From: a virus
Lineage: Duplodnaviria; Caudoviricetes
IMG/VR virus record: IMGVR_UViG_3300016474_000772
Location: 1 to 47,813 of that record
Strand: one strand, 5' to 3'
DNA: 47,813 nucleotides
The position numbers and the translations under genes were made by a program. This document shows, piece by piece, positions 10,028 through 19,986 of the stretch. A model generated the notes under the pieces. The model was not told the origin of the DNA. It did not search any database and saw nothing but the letters and a program-made list of their open reading frames with translations. The stretch's first letter is position 1, and each line of letters opens with the position of its first letter.

Positions 10028-11890
10028 TTAGATCACCGCTGTTGCAATAAGATTTTTTACTTTAGGTATTCTAGCATTATCAATGTCGCCATACATTACT
10101 ATTTTAACTTGAAACTGATTGAATGTACTGAATGTAGTCACCACACCACTTGAATTAGATGCATAAGTTAAATTGGGTGTATCAGTTTCTAGTATTCTGT
10201 AAGTCTCAGCCACAAAGGTTTCACTCGTACCCACTGAAGTTTTTGCAGGAGAAACAACAGAATAATTTGTTCCAGATGTACTTATTGAATTAGCAGAACT
10301 ATACAAGGGCATTAATTTCCATGAATTTTTTTCTATTGATGCCCCAATTGAATTATCCATACTGCTTTTTACTCTACAAAATACATCTATATCTGTATTA
10401 TTTTTTCTGTTTACATTTAGTTTTACTTCTAAACCTGTTGAATCGAAATCAGGATTTAATGTCACAATTTTACTAATGTATTTGGATTTAGCAAATCCAT
10501 TTGTACTTAAAATTTCAGTTGTTCTAATATCGTTAACATCATTTATACTATCTATTTCCCAATTTTTTGTGAGTAATTTTAATGTTGACATATCCAATGC
10601 TGGGGATATGTTCTTATCTTTATTTTCTAAAGTTATTCTTACTTTAGCATCTCCTTCACTTTTAAGTACTCGTCTTGAAGTAAATAATTTTTCTGCGTTT
10701 AATGGTACTGTTGTATAATCAACGGTTGTTCTTGATATATCTTTAGTTTCCATTTCTGCTGATAACGAAGTGTCGTTACCAAATTGTTTATTGTTAACAT
10801 TTACGACAGCTGAAACATATTTAAAATCTGCAGGTGCTATGTCTACAGTTTGTTTCACAAAGGATTTTCTACCTGTTTCAAAGATAGCTTTATTTACTTT
10901 AAATAATATAGACGCCCCCGTCTCTTCTATCTGTGCTCCAGCATTAGATAGTTTGTAAAGTTTACCTACACCCGGTTGTTTATTAGATACTGTATTGGTC
11001 CCAACTATAGAGCTTCCCCCTAACGGACTAATTGATATTATCGGTATAACAACTTCTCCTACTTTAGCTAGATATAATAAGAAATTAGCGTCTGGTGTAG
11101 TAACAGTCACTGCATATTCTTTACCTGGTTCCAAATAGATTGGATACGGGAATTTAAATTTCGTAGCAGATAAATTTTTTGGATCTGTTGATACATTAAT
11201 ATTACTAGAATTAACTATTGATAAAGCGCTATCTAATTGATTAGTTGTAGGTAATCCATTAGCAACTGTTCTAATACTTAATCGGACATCGCCATTATTT
11301 GTAGTGGATTTTTGATAAAAATATAAATCAATGGATGTACAAAATACACCGTTCTTATATTTGGCTCCATCTACACTAAATGTTTGAGATAAAGGAAGTA
11401 CACCTGTTGATACGAAATTTTCGCTACTTGATGATGTCGCAGTATTAGTTTGCCCATTATTGTTAATTGCAACTGTGCTATTATTGTCTACAGGAATAGC
11501 CACTCTAGTGGCTTCACCTGGAGCAACAATTCGCATTGGAATTCTCGCCACTAAAATTTTTCTATAATTATTAGTGCCTGTTCCATTTTCTTGTATTGCA
11601 CGAACACCGTCTCTTTGTATTGTAACTGTTGGGGACGTTGCCTGATTAATAACGAAATCTATATTAACTGTGCCAGGTTTAGTTAAAATAGACATTCCCA
11701 AAGTATTAACTATTACTAACTGTCCTTCTAATCTTCCTGTTGAAGAATCGGTAATTAAAGCATCTCCAAAATTCCCGCCTTTAGGAGAAGCACAATTAGT
11801 GAAATCTATTCCTTCTATTTCAATATAAACCTCCTGGCCGTAGTAGTCGGTCGATATTACGAATTCTTGATGTATTACTGGAACAGACAT
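10028..11890 (-). CDS. Virion structural protein resembling the C-terminal part of VrlC/DUF4815-type proteins
   Basis: PLSQTF...GVFCTSIDLYF...ATKFKFPYPIYLEPGKEYA...SKYISKIVTL...FNQFQVKIVM...PKVKNLIATA motifs. Confidence 0.75.
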   Translation of the reverse strand: MSVPVIHQEFVISTDYYGQEVYIEIEGIDFTNCASPKGGNFGDALITDSSTGRLEGQLVIVNTLGMSILTKPGTVNIDFVINQATSPTVTIQRDGVRAIQENGTGTNNYRKILVARIPMRIVAPGEATRVAIPVDNNSTVAINNNGQTNTATSSSSENFVSTGVLPLSQTFSVDGAKYKNGVFCTSIDLYFYQKSTTNNGDVRLSIRTVANGLPTTNQLDSALSIVNSSNINVSTDPKNLSATKFKFPYPIYLEPGKEYAVTVTTPDANFLLYLAKVGEVVIPIISISPLGGSSIVGTNTVSNKQPGVGKLYKLSNAGAQIEETGASILFKVNKAIFETGRKSFVKQTVDIAPADFKYVSAVVNVNNKQFGNDTSLSAEMETKDISRTTVDYTTVPLNAEKLFTSRRVLKSEGDAKVRITLENKDKNISPALDMSTLKLLTKNWEIDSINDVNDIRTTEILSTNGFAKSKYISKIVTLNPDFDSTGLEVKLNVNRKNNTDIDVFCRVKSSMDNSIGASIEKNSWKLMPLYSSANSISTSGTNYSVVSPAKTSVGTSETFVAETYRILETDTPNLTYASNSSGVVTTFSTFNQFQVKIVMYGDIDNARIPKVKNLIATAVI

Positions 11891-11891
11891 A

Positions 11892-12533
11892 TTAAATACC
11901 CCCTCCTGTTATTAATAGGGAACTATTTTTTGCAATAGCAAAACTCAATTCTATAGCATCAGCAACAACATCTATTGAGTTTTCAGATACAAATGAATTA
12001 GCATCTACATTAAAACTACTTAGATAATTGTTAGCTAAAGCAAAATCTAAACCAGTAGTTATACTCAATGCTGAATAGATATTTGATGAAGAAATAATAT
12101 TACTTACATAATCCTCTACAAATGTAAATGCAGTAATATTTGAATTTTCTACTGTATTTGCATATCTAAAGTCCTTTTCTGATATTAACACTCGATATGA
12201 GGGAGTAACGAACACATTAGTACCGACGTTACTTGGCATTACATTAAATATTTCAGCTTGTCCAGAATCATAATAAGCTGAACCTTGATGCATTAAAAAG
12301 GAGTTAGCATATATGTTGATAGTTTCGAGAGAACCAGCACCAGTCAATCTAATTGCATCCGCTAGAAATAATCTCGATACTGATTGCATAGAGTTACCGA
12401 GCCAAGAATAAGCAATATTGCTTTGATTGTTGGCAGCAAGTTGTTGTTCTCTTAAAATTTGTCCAGTTAAATCAACGTAAGCTTGTTGAGTTATTGGATT
12501 ACTTAATGTTTCAATTGTATTGATAATAGACAT
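11892..12533 (-). CDS. Hypothetical virion-associated protein
   Basis: 213-aa ORF packed between the two VrlC-like halves; no recognisable motif. Confidence 0.65.
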   Translation of the reverse strand: MSIINTIETLSNPITQQAYVDLTGQILREQQLAANNQSNIAYSWLGNSMQSVSRLFLADAIRLTGAGSLETINIYANSFLMHQGSAYYDSGQAEIFNVMPSNVGTNVFVTPSYRVLISEKDFRYANTVENSNITAFTFVEDYVSNIISSSNIYSALSITTGLDFALANNYLSSFNVDANSFVSENSIDVVADAIELSFAIAKNSSLLITGGGI

Positions 12534-12544
12534 TTTAGTTCCTG

Positions 12545-15500
12545 TTACTTAAATAACCAACCAATTTTACCAATCATCTTAGTAACACCAAACGTTAATT
12601 TCTGTAGCATTGGTTTAGAGTTATCTTTATGTATAGTACATAACATATCTATTACAAATTTTAAGCCTAATTTTTTGCACAGTTTTAATATAAGGATACC
12701 GCCGTAAATTTTATTTTCTTCGTCGCTAAAAGCATTTTGAATAAATTTAACTTGCTCGTATGTAATTTTGCCTTCATGATAATTTTTAACAAGCATGTCT
12801 ACATTTTTAATGATCGAATGTGTTCCAAATTCGTTTACTACAAATGTATTATCCCCGTCTACCCATAAGTTGTAAACATCTATATCTTTTGGATCGCTTG
12901 TAAGAGCAGGTTCAAGTTTAGTGTTTTTACCAAGCCAAGGATACCATTTATAATTATGTTCTGGGTCTGGGCAAGACAATACCCCATCTATATACAAAGG
13001 ATGATTCATTGTAGCAAATGGTTTGAATTTCTTGCTCGGTGAATATAGTCCACCGAAATTAGTATCCTTATCTTTTTCTACATATAACACTGTATTAATT
13101 TGTGTCTTATCTTTGTTGAAAACTTTATCACCAACTATCACATCTTTTATTTTCTTGATAGATCCATCTGCCATAGAAATAAAAGTATCCTCAGTAAAAC
13201 AAGATGATGCAGCAAGTAAAAATTCCCCAGCAGTAGCTAAGAAACCTGTTTCAGCGGCAGCGTATGCAAATGCAAATTCTTCTGCTGCAACTATTGCTGT
13301 AGCTTCAGCTGCTGTCAAAGACACTCCTAAAGCAGAGTAGGATGCGGCAGCAGCAGCAGCTGCGGCTGCTACCTCTGCAGCAGCAAGTTCTGAAGCACCA
13401 GCTGCTGCGCTGTTGACACCTGATGCGCTGGCTTCAAAATATGCACCATCTACAGCTAAACCAGTTGATACAGAGTTTATGGGAGCTGCAGCATTTACAG
13501 TCGTGCCTGCACCAAATAAATTAGTGAATCCATCGGCGACTACTACACTATCCTTAGCTAAAACTAATCTTCCAGCTGTCGTGAGTACAGTAATATCCGC
13601 CTGAGATAAAAATCCAGTTCCAACAGATTTTACTCCGCCAGAATTTGGATTTATTAAAGATACGTTACTTTTAGGAGATCCACCAGATTGTTCTATAGTA
13701 TAAGAAGGTTCTGTGGATGTGATTAACGCTTCCTCTTCTAGAACTTTAAATGTTACTATATCACTAGCAACATTCAAATCGGGTTGACTGGCGAATACTA
13801 GGTTGAAACATACCGAGGACAAGGATGGTAACAGTTGCCTATTAAAGGTATCTACTGTACACGTTGAATAAGGAGATTTTATATCATTAGAAACTATGGT
13901 GGAAAAATCATCTACCAAAACACCGGTCTTAAACAATAATATTTCAGTATTTCCACCCTCAAAGATTTGATTATTTAAAGCTACAATATCAAGACCCTGT
14001 TTTTTAACTCTTTTTTCCAGAGTAGTTAATCTTTGATCTATAGTTTGAATGTCCGACATAGTATATCTCGGAGCTTTATTATAAATTATTTTAATATCAG
14101 AAGAATTTTGGGTAAAAGGTGGTACGATTAATGTAGCAATTAGGAATCTATCTTTGGATGATTGATTCTTCGGTACCTTTGGATTTAAATCAGCAATCCC
14201 CGAATCTAAATAAAAATTGTATCCTTGGATTGTAGTAGAAGTATTTCTATTGAATAGATATAATCTATCTATTCTTGGTTTATAAAATTCATAATCTATT
14301 TGTAATGCGTTTTCAAGTGTTGGATGAGGTAAAACATATGTATTGGAATTATTATCAGCCCAGAAATTAGCTGCGACATTAGTGTCATTTTTCTTTGGTC
14401 TAAAATCCAATGTCTGTCTTAAATTATAAACGGTGCCATCAGATGCTTTATAATTAGGAATAGTATTTTGGATATTTACTGGATAAGAGTTGAAATCTAT
14501 AACTCCAGATCCAGAATGAGTAAAATAATCTACTACTACAACTACATTACCGGGGTTATATTCTGTTAATTTGCCCTTATATGATATTGTTGCATGATCA
14601 TAATGAGTCTCAGTTGCACCATTATTATATGAATATATAGATGAAGGTTCTTTTGCCACCTGCTCCCAGTATGTTCTATTAGAAACTGGTTGACCTGTAG
14701 AGCTAGATAATGCTCTATACATTATTCCATTGTACGTTACATGATCGTTTAAACTATACGTAGTTGCAGAATTATAATTTCTTAAAAATACATTACTACC
14801 TATTGAATAAATTCCCTTTAAGGCATGAATATCAGATTTGTAGGTACTATAGGGAAACTCTGATGCCATAATACTAATCGGTTCACTTGGGACATTAACA
14901 TTCAAGTGTTTAGTTTTTCTAGATAATTCGCTATTATAGATAGTAACCAACAAATCTATTGCGCCAGTATTCACTAAAGTATTTAAATTTATAGTGAGCA
15001 AATTTTTGTCTGCATTTAATGTCATAGTAATACTATCGAGATTAATAGCATCACCTGCAGCTAAGGTTCCAATGGTTGTACTTCTTACAACTAATTGGTA
15101 GTATCTTCGTTTATTATCTACGCTCAAAGTACCTGCATTGCCGATGAATTGTTCTGTACCAGATAATGATAATGTTGCTGTACTACTAGTTACTGTTTGA
15201 TTTTGAATTCTTTTATTATGGTATATTCTTATATTAGAGATATTTTTTAAAAACTTATTTTCCACGGGGAATAAAAATTTAGTTCTATCCCCCATTTCAT
15301 AACCAATCATATTACCTGAAGCATCAATACCTTTAACAGAATCAACTGTTACGAAAAATTTTGGACTACTATAAGTACCGTCATTGCTCGCATATGTAGA
15401 AAATACGTTATTTTTACTAATCAATGATCTAGAATTCATCCATGTTAAAGTAGTGGATGATTGGACAGACCATGAAAAATACATTCTATATTTTACACTT

Positions 15501-17014
15501 GCCCCTTCACCGCTATCATAAACTATATGTTTTACTAGTACATATCCTATCAAGGAAGACGCGGACATAGCATTACGATCTGTAGTGTTATGTACCTCTA
15601 GAACATCATAAAATTTGATAGCAGTTGGATCCATAAAACCAAACTGCGGAGCATTAACTATAATGTATTGGTCTTGATTAGCATTGATAAAAATATCTTC
15701 TACCGCCTCAGATACTTTTGATTTAGGAACGTTTAAGGCAGTTCCTCCTACAGTTTCTATATACTGACCGCCGACAACTGCCTTACCTGGGCTAATTAAA
15801 AATTTAGCATAAGTATCATCCGCACTAGATCCCTTTGGAGTTAATCTAAAAGGAACTACCTCATAGTTACCAGATTCATCGTAGGTTCTTTCTGCTAAAA
15901 TATTATTTAGATATAAAGGTAAAGTATTTTTAGCATTTTCGACTAAATCAACTCTACCCTCAACGAATCTTACTACTTCAACATAATCATCTGTTGTATC
16001 GGGCAAATTATTTGTATTTAAGTCCACACTTTGTATAGTTAAAGATGATTTTAATCTGTCCGCACCTGGAGCCAAATAATTTGAACTTTCAAATGCTGGA
16101 TCTAATAGAGAAGTATCATCATTATAAGTTACGATTTCCTCATTATATTTTAATATAATTGATTTTGTGGGTAGATTTGTATACTTATCCGGCACTACAG
16201 ATTGAGACCCTATCTTAGTATATGTTCCCTTTTTATAGTAAGTACCTGAGGACACATTAACAATACTACTTGGGCAAGTATTTTTTCGGTTAAAGGCTAA
16301 TGTTACAGCATCACTAAGTGTATCACCTATGGGAAAATTTAATCTTATTGATGTGGAAGATAAAATTTTAGTGATAAACAACCCTTGTCTAAATGGTCTA
16401 GGTAAAACTAATTCATCTCCTACCGCAAGTGTTCCCGAGACTGTTAAAAGAGTAAGTTCATCATCATATGCTGTTGCTATTGCTGTTCCATAAATTATCA
16501 CATCTGCTGCTGTTGTTTCTGTGGCAGCAATGTTATTATTTTTTTGATATGCATCAGTGAAGTTGTTGTATATTCTTATAGTTTCACTAGTAGGATATTC
16601 TAAAGTACCATTAGATGATTCGACAGACATAACTATAGTTGCAGGATCTCCGAGTACAGGATCATCCTGTTCGAAAGCAAATCTAACTAACCCTATAGTA
16701 TTACTTGTAGCTCCAGTAATATACTTACCAACATATGATGATACATTAGCACCAGTGCCAACTAATTTTACTGATCTAATTATTTGATTATGTTCATCAT
16801 CTAGTATTGTAAAACTAGATGGCTCGTTAGATATACGAGCACTATCTCCATAAATGCCGTCAGCTGTACGTTGTATGCCAGTTTTAAGAATAGATTGGAC
16901 TTGATTCAATTCTCTAGATTGAACAGACACCCCAGGCTTAAACATGATTTTCTGATAATTTTTACTTTCATCGAAATCATCATAGTATGGGGGATCTTGT
17001 ATATTAACTGCCAT
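12545..17014 (-). CDS. Large virion structural protein (VrlC/DUF4815-like N-terminal part) with a C-terminal Hint domain
   Basis: PYYDDFDESKNYQKIMFKPGVSVQSRELNQVQS, APGADRLK, LAERTYDESGNY, RYTMSDI..IDQRLTTLE, FKTGVLVDDF; Hint domain from CFTEDTFISMADG to VYNLWVDGDNTFVVNEFGTHS. Confidence 0.85.
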   Translation of the reverse strand: MAVNIQDPPYYDDFDESKNYQKIMFKPGVSVQSRELNQVQSILKTGIQRTADGIYGDSARISNEPSSFTILDDEHNQIIRSVKLVGTGANVSSYVGKYITGATSNTIGLVRFAFEQDDPVLGDPATIVMSVESSNGTLEYPTSETIRIYNNFTDAYQKNNNIAATETTAADVIIYGTAIATAYDDELTLLTVSGTLAVGDELVLPRPFRQGLFITKILSSTSIRLNFPIGDTLSDAVTLAFNRKNTCPSSIVNVSSGTYYKKGTYTKIGSQSVVPDKYTNLPTKSIILKYNEEIVTYNDDTSLLDPAFESSNYLAPGADRLKSSLTIQSVDLNTNNLPDTTDDYVEVVRFVEGRVDLVENAKNTLPLYLNNILAERTYDESGNYEVVPFRLTPKGSSADDTYAKFLISPGKAVVGGQYIETVGGTALNVPKSKVSEAVEDIFINANQDQYIIVNAPQFGFMDPTAIKFYDVLEVHNTTDRNAMSASSLIGYVLVKHIVYDSGEGASVKYRMYFSWSVQSSTTLTWMNSRSLISKNNVFSTYASNDGTYSSPKFFVTVDSVKGIDASGNMIGYEMGDRTKFLFPVENKFLKNISNIRIYHNKRIQNQTVTSSTATLSLSGTEQFIGNAGTLSVDNKRRYYQLVVRSTTIGTLAAGDAINLDSITMTLNADKNLLTINLNTLVNTGAIDLLVTIYNSELSRKTKHLNVNVPSEPISIMASEFPYSTYKSDIHALKGIYSIGSNVFLRNYNSATTYSLNDHVTYNGIMYRALSSSTGQPVSNRTYWEQVAKEPSSIYSYNNGATETHYDHATISYKGKLTEYNPGNVVVVVDYFTHSGSGVIDFNSYPVNIQNTIPNYKASDGTVYNLRQTLDFRPKKNDTNVAANFWADNNSNTYVLPHPTLENALQIDYEFYKPRIDRLYLFNRNTSTTIQGYNFYLDSGIADLNPKVPKNQSSKDRFLIATLIVPPFTQNSSDIKIIYNKAPRYTMSDIQTIDQRLTTLEKRVKKQGLDIVALNNQIFEGGNTEILLFKTGVLVDDFSTIVSNDIKSPYSTCTVDTFNRQLLPSLSSVCFNLVFASQPDLNVASDIVTFKVLEEEALITSTEPSYTIEQSGGSPKSNVSLINPNSGGVKSVGTGFLSQADITVLTTAGRLVLAKDSVVVADGFTNLFGAGTTVNAAAPINSVSTGLAVDGAYFEASASGVNSAAAGASELAAAEVAAAAAAAAASYSALGVSLTAAEATAIVAAEEFAFAYAAAETGFLATAGEFLLAASSCFTEDTFISMADGSIKKIKDVIVGDKVFNKDKTQINTVLYVEKDKDTNFGGLYSPSKKFKPFATMNHPLYIDGVLSCPDPEHNYKWYPWLGKNTKLEPALTSDPKDIDVYNLWVDGDNTFVVNEFGTHSIIKNVDMLVKNYHEGKITYEQVKFIQNAFSDEENKIYGGILILKLCKKLGLKFVIDMLCTIHKDNSKPMLQKLTFGVTKMIGKIGWLFK
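12815..13201 (-). other. Hint (intein/hedgehog-like) autoprocessing domain, about 129 aa
   Basis: Block A CFTEDTFISMADGSIKKIKDVIVGDKV, block B ATMNHPLY (TxxH), block F DVYNLWVDGDNTFVVN; ends THS rather than HN. Confidence 0.85.
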
Positions 17015-17023
17015 TTGTTATCC

Positions 17024-18316
17024 TTAAAATTCTAAAACTATATGTAGATTTTCTGCTTGATCATACGATCTAGTTATAGCATCTCTATTCTCAATATATA
17101 AAATTTTGCCACTGTATTTTCTTACTTCAGGAGGCCTTATACTTATTATCATTGCCGTTGCTCCAGATGTGTTGCCGGTAATACGTTCTCCCTCGCTAAA
17201 GGTAGTCACACCGGTTAATACATTTGCTGGAGTTAGATAGCGCAACACTACATTTGGAGTTTCTACATTGGCACTTAAAACTATACCATTGCCAAATAAA
17301 ACGTTGCCGGTAATTTTTTCATCTAAACTAAAAGTACCTGAAAGAATATTAGCATTTAGAAGATATGCCCCATCCATAGTAACAGCGTTGGCTAATTGTC
17401 CAGATGGAGTTAATGGATTCTTAATAACTCCATAGCTTCTAAACTCGTTAACTATTGGAACATCGCCTCCGCCTTCAGCATAATTAAATCTAGAATTTAT
17501 CATTAAATATCTAGCATTTAAATTTTCGTAGATATTATATCCATGTCCTAGTGCTGGGGAAATAATTGGTCTAATGTTAGCATTGCTACCCGGCCCACTA
17601 TATGATATTTGAGCATAAGTATAACCAGCGCCCGCATCATTGATTGTAATACTACTTATCGAATTACCAGACAAATTTAAGGTTCCAGAAAATCCAGATC
17701 CATTGCCCTTGATAGAAATAGCAGAATTAGAAGCGAATCCGAATCCGCCTGAAGTAATAACAAAATTTTCTATGGTACCGCCAACAGTAGTACTTAATAC
17801 ATCACTATTAATATTTATTGGCATGTATTTAATAGTCAGGAATTTAAGAATATCACTGTCACTTAAAGAATACAAATATTTCCATTTATAACCATCTGCT
17901 GTGGTAAATGTAGTTATAGATTTGCTAGTAGGTTTATTTACTGATTGTGCGCCGTTATTGTTACTAATACAAACATAAACATTATATTCTGGAGATGTTA
18001 GTACATAGAAGTTCTTAGTATTTAAACTAGTATCTAAATGGTCATATTGGTCATAAACCGTAGTAGAAGTCCAATTTTTTCTTGGAATAACTAATTTTAC
18101 ATCATTACTATTAATTTTCTTTAGTGCAATAATATCATGCCAAGTATTAATCTCAGCATATTGATTATTGTAAAGGTTTGAACCGTTAGGGGTGCTTTCC
18201 CACGGAAGAGACCTACCTATAAAAGAATACAGTACCGTGTTGGAAGAATCCAACAAAGCATCTCTGAAAAGAGATGCGGACAAAACTCTTAGATTATTTG
18301 TTATTAATTGAGGCAT
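17024..18316 (-). CDS. gp8: Baseplate wedge subunit
   Basis: IPRKNWTS..YDQY, FYVL..EYNVYVCISNN, DGYKWKYLY, SGKILYIENR...QAENLHIVLEF. Confidence 0.88.
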   Translation of the reverse strand: MPQLITNNLRVLSASLFRDALLDSSNTVLYSFIGRSLPWESTPNGSNLYNNQYAEINTWHDIIALKKINSNDVKLVIPRKNWTSTTVYDQYDHLDTSLNTKNFYVLTSPEYNVYVCISNNNGAQSVNKPTSKSITTFTTADGYKWKYLYSLSDSDILKFLTIKYMPININSDVLSTTVGGTIENFVITSGGFGFASNSAISIKGNGSGFSGTLNLSGNSISSITINDAGAGYTYAQISYSGPGSNANIRPIISPALGHGYNIYENLNARYLMINSRFNYAEGGGDVPIVNEFRSYGVIKNPLTPSGQLANAVTMDGAYLLNANILSGTFSLDEKITGNVLFGNGIVLSANVETPNVVLRYLTPANVLTGVTTFSEGERITGNTSGATAMIISIRPPEVRKYSGKILYIENRDAITRSYDQAENLHIVLEF

Positions 18317-18330
18317 TATCTTAATATTTA

Positions 18331-19986
18331 TTATAAGTATCTAAAGAGGTATACTACTTGGTCTGCTTTTAAATCAATAGTGACACTAAATCTAGAATCA
18401 GTATAAGAAGTAGAATCAGCTCTAAATTTATCTGGAAGGAGATTATCCGCTGTTAATCCTAGATAATCTGTTATTTCGCTGGCTGCTGTTACATTAGATG
18501 ATATATTAAGATTAGAGTAAAGACTTAGATCTCCAAAAACTTCTGTACCTGCAGGATGTATAGCGCTTTTTACAAATTCTCTCCATTCATTAGATGTTAC
18601 AGGACTTTTTATAACATATGAAAAAGGTTGGTAATAAAGTACAGATGTGTCAGGAGCATCAGATAGAGCGCCCTGTATCTTGTAGACATCTGATGCTTGT
18701 CCTTTATTTTTTATGTAGTATCCATCTGTTATTCTCAGTATTCCTAAATTAGCTGTGAGATTAGCAGATGTCAGATAAGTTAATCTGCCTTGTATTATTG
18801 TGTCATTACTTACTAAAGGAAACTCAAATTGTGTTTCATCCTTTACCTTAGATAATGTAATAACTTCAGTTGTGAGATTAAGATTAGAACTAGTGTTGCC
18901 AAAAAATGTTATATTAGCAGAATCTTTAATATGCAAACCATGTACCACATTGCCTAGAAATACGCCAACATTTCCCGTAACTTGTACAGTTGCTTCTATA
19001 GTTTTTGAAGGAGGAGAAATACTTATTTCGTCTGTCGCTTGTATGCTTGATATATCTATATCTCGTCCTGGGGATAGATATATTCCGTTCGCACTAGCAT
19101 ACGGCAATGTATCATCTAGAAAATAAATACCAGAATTAATAATTTTAACATGTTTGATTCTACCAAAATTATCCAAATCTGATATTCTAAGAATAGATCC
19201 ATCTATAGATACTGAATCATTAACAGTATATCCTATAGCCGAATCCTCAATATTAATGGTACTTAGTTGATATTGAGTTCTAGCAACAAGATTACTAGAT
19301 AAAGCAGATACTATATTTTCTCTATAGAAATTTCCTCTTATTTTTTCTAGATATAAATCGTAGATGTCATTGGGATAACCAACATATTCTCTGGTCAATT
19401 TATTTCTTACTACATCTTTGACAATTGCTTTGGCTCTGGAATTTGTTCCAGTTATTTCAGTATTAATAAATTGAAATACATTAGAGTTGTTTATTGGTAC
19501 TACTTTTAATATATAATCTTTTTGCCAAACACCATCAGATGATTTAAAAATATATTCTGATGGATATAAAAAATCTATATCCTCATTATACAAAATTCTA
19601 AAAAATAGTTTTGCTGCCGCTTCTGATCCTTTAGTTTTATAGATATCTCTAAAGTGTTTGACGAAGCTTTTTTTGTCAGTTGTTAAACTTCTCGGTATAT
19701 CTGGTCCGAAAGTCTTGAAGAAAGATTCTACTAAACTAACGTTTGCACTATCTGCGGTTAGTTCAACATCCGCATAGTTTCTTGAGTTTTGTAGTACTTC
19801 ATTTGGGCTATTCTCCTGTTCTAAAAATTTATAGTAAGCTTCTACAAATTTTATGAATTGTTTATAATCGGTCGAAGAATTAGCATAAGGAGAGGAATTT
19901 GAAGTAATAGTATCATAATCCCCTCTAATAAAATCGGGTAATTGAGATACTACTAGCGATGAAACATTACTTGTAAGTTCAGGCAT
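18331..19986 (-). CDS. gp7: Baseplate wedge initiator (gp7-like)
   Basis: SQLPDFIR...FIKFVEAYYKFLE, YKTKGSEAAAKLFFRILYNED, YYQPFSYVIKS, HPAGTEVFG; lies between gp6 and gp8. Confidence 0.78.
   Translation of the reverse strand: MPELTSNVSSLVVSQLPDFIRGDYDTITSNSSPYANSSTDYKQFIKFVEAYYKFLEQENSPNEVLQNSRNYADVELTADSANVSLVESFFKTFGPDIPRSLTTDKKSFVKHFRDIYKTKGSEAAAKLFFRILYNEDIDFLYPSEYIFKSSDGVWQKDYILKVVPINNSNVFQFINTEITGTNSRAKAIVKDVVRNKLTREYVGYPNDIYDLYLEKIRGNFYRENIVSALSSNLVARTQYQLSTINIEDSAIGYTVNDSVSIDGSILRISDLDNFGRIKHVKIINSGIYFLDDTLPYASANGIYLSPGRDIDISSIQATDEISISPPSKTIEATVQVTGNVGVFLGNVVHGLHIKDSANITFFGNTSSNLNLTTEVITLSKVKDETQFEFPLVSNDTIIQGRLTYLTSANLTANLGILRITDGYYIKNKGQASDVYKIQGALSDAPDTSVLYYQPFSYVIKSPVTSNEWREFVKSAIHPAGTEVFGDLSLYSNLNISSNVTAASEITDYLGLTADNLLPDKFRADSTSYTDSRFSVTIDLKADQVVYLFRYL

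Noticed and set aside
12815-13201. Canonical intein in the structural protein
   Set aside because: Lacks the terminal Asn/Gln and a +1 nucleophile (reads THS-I) and has no endonuclease domain; treated as a non-splicing Hint.
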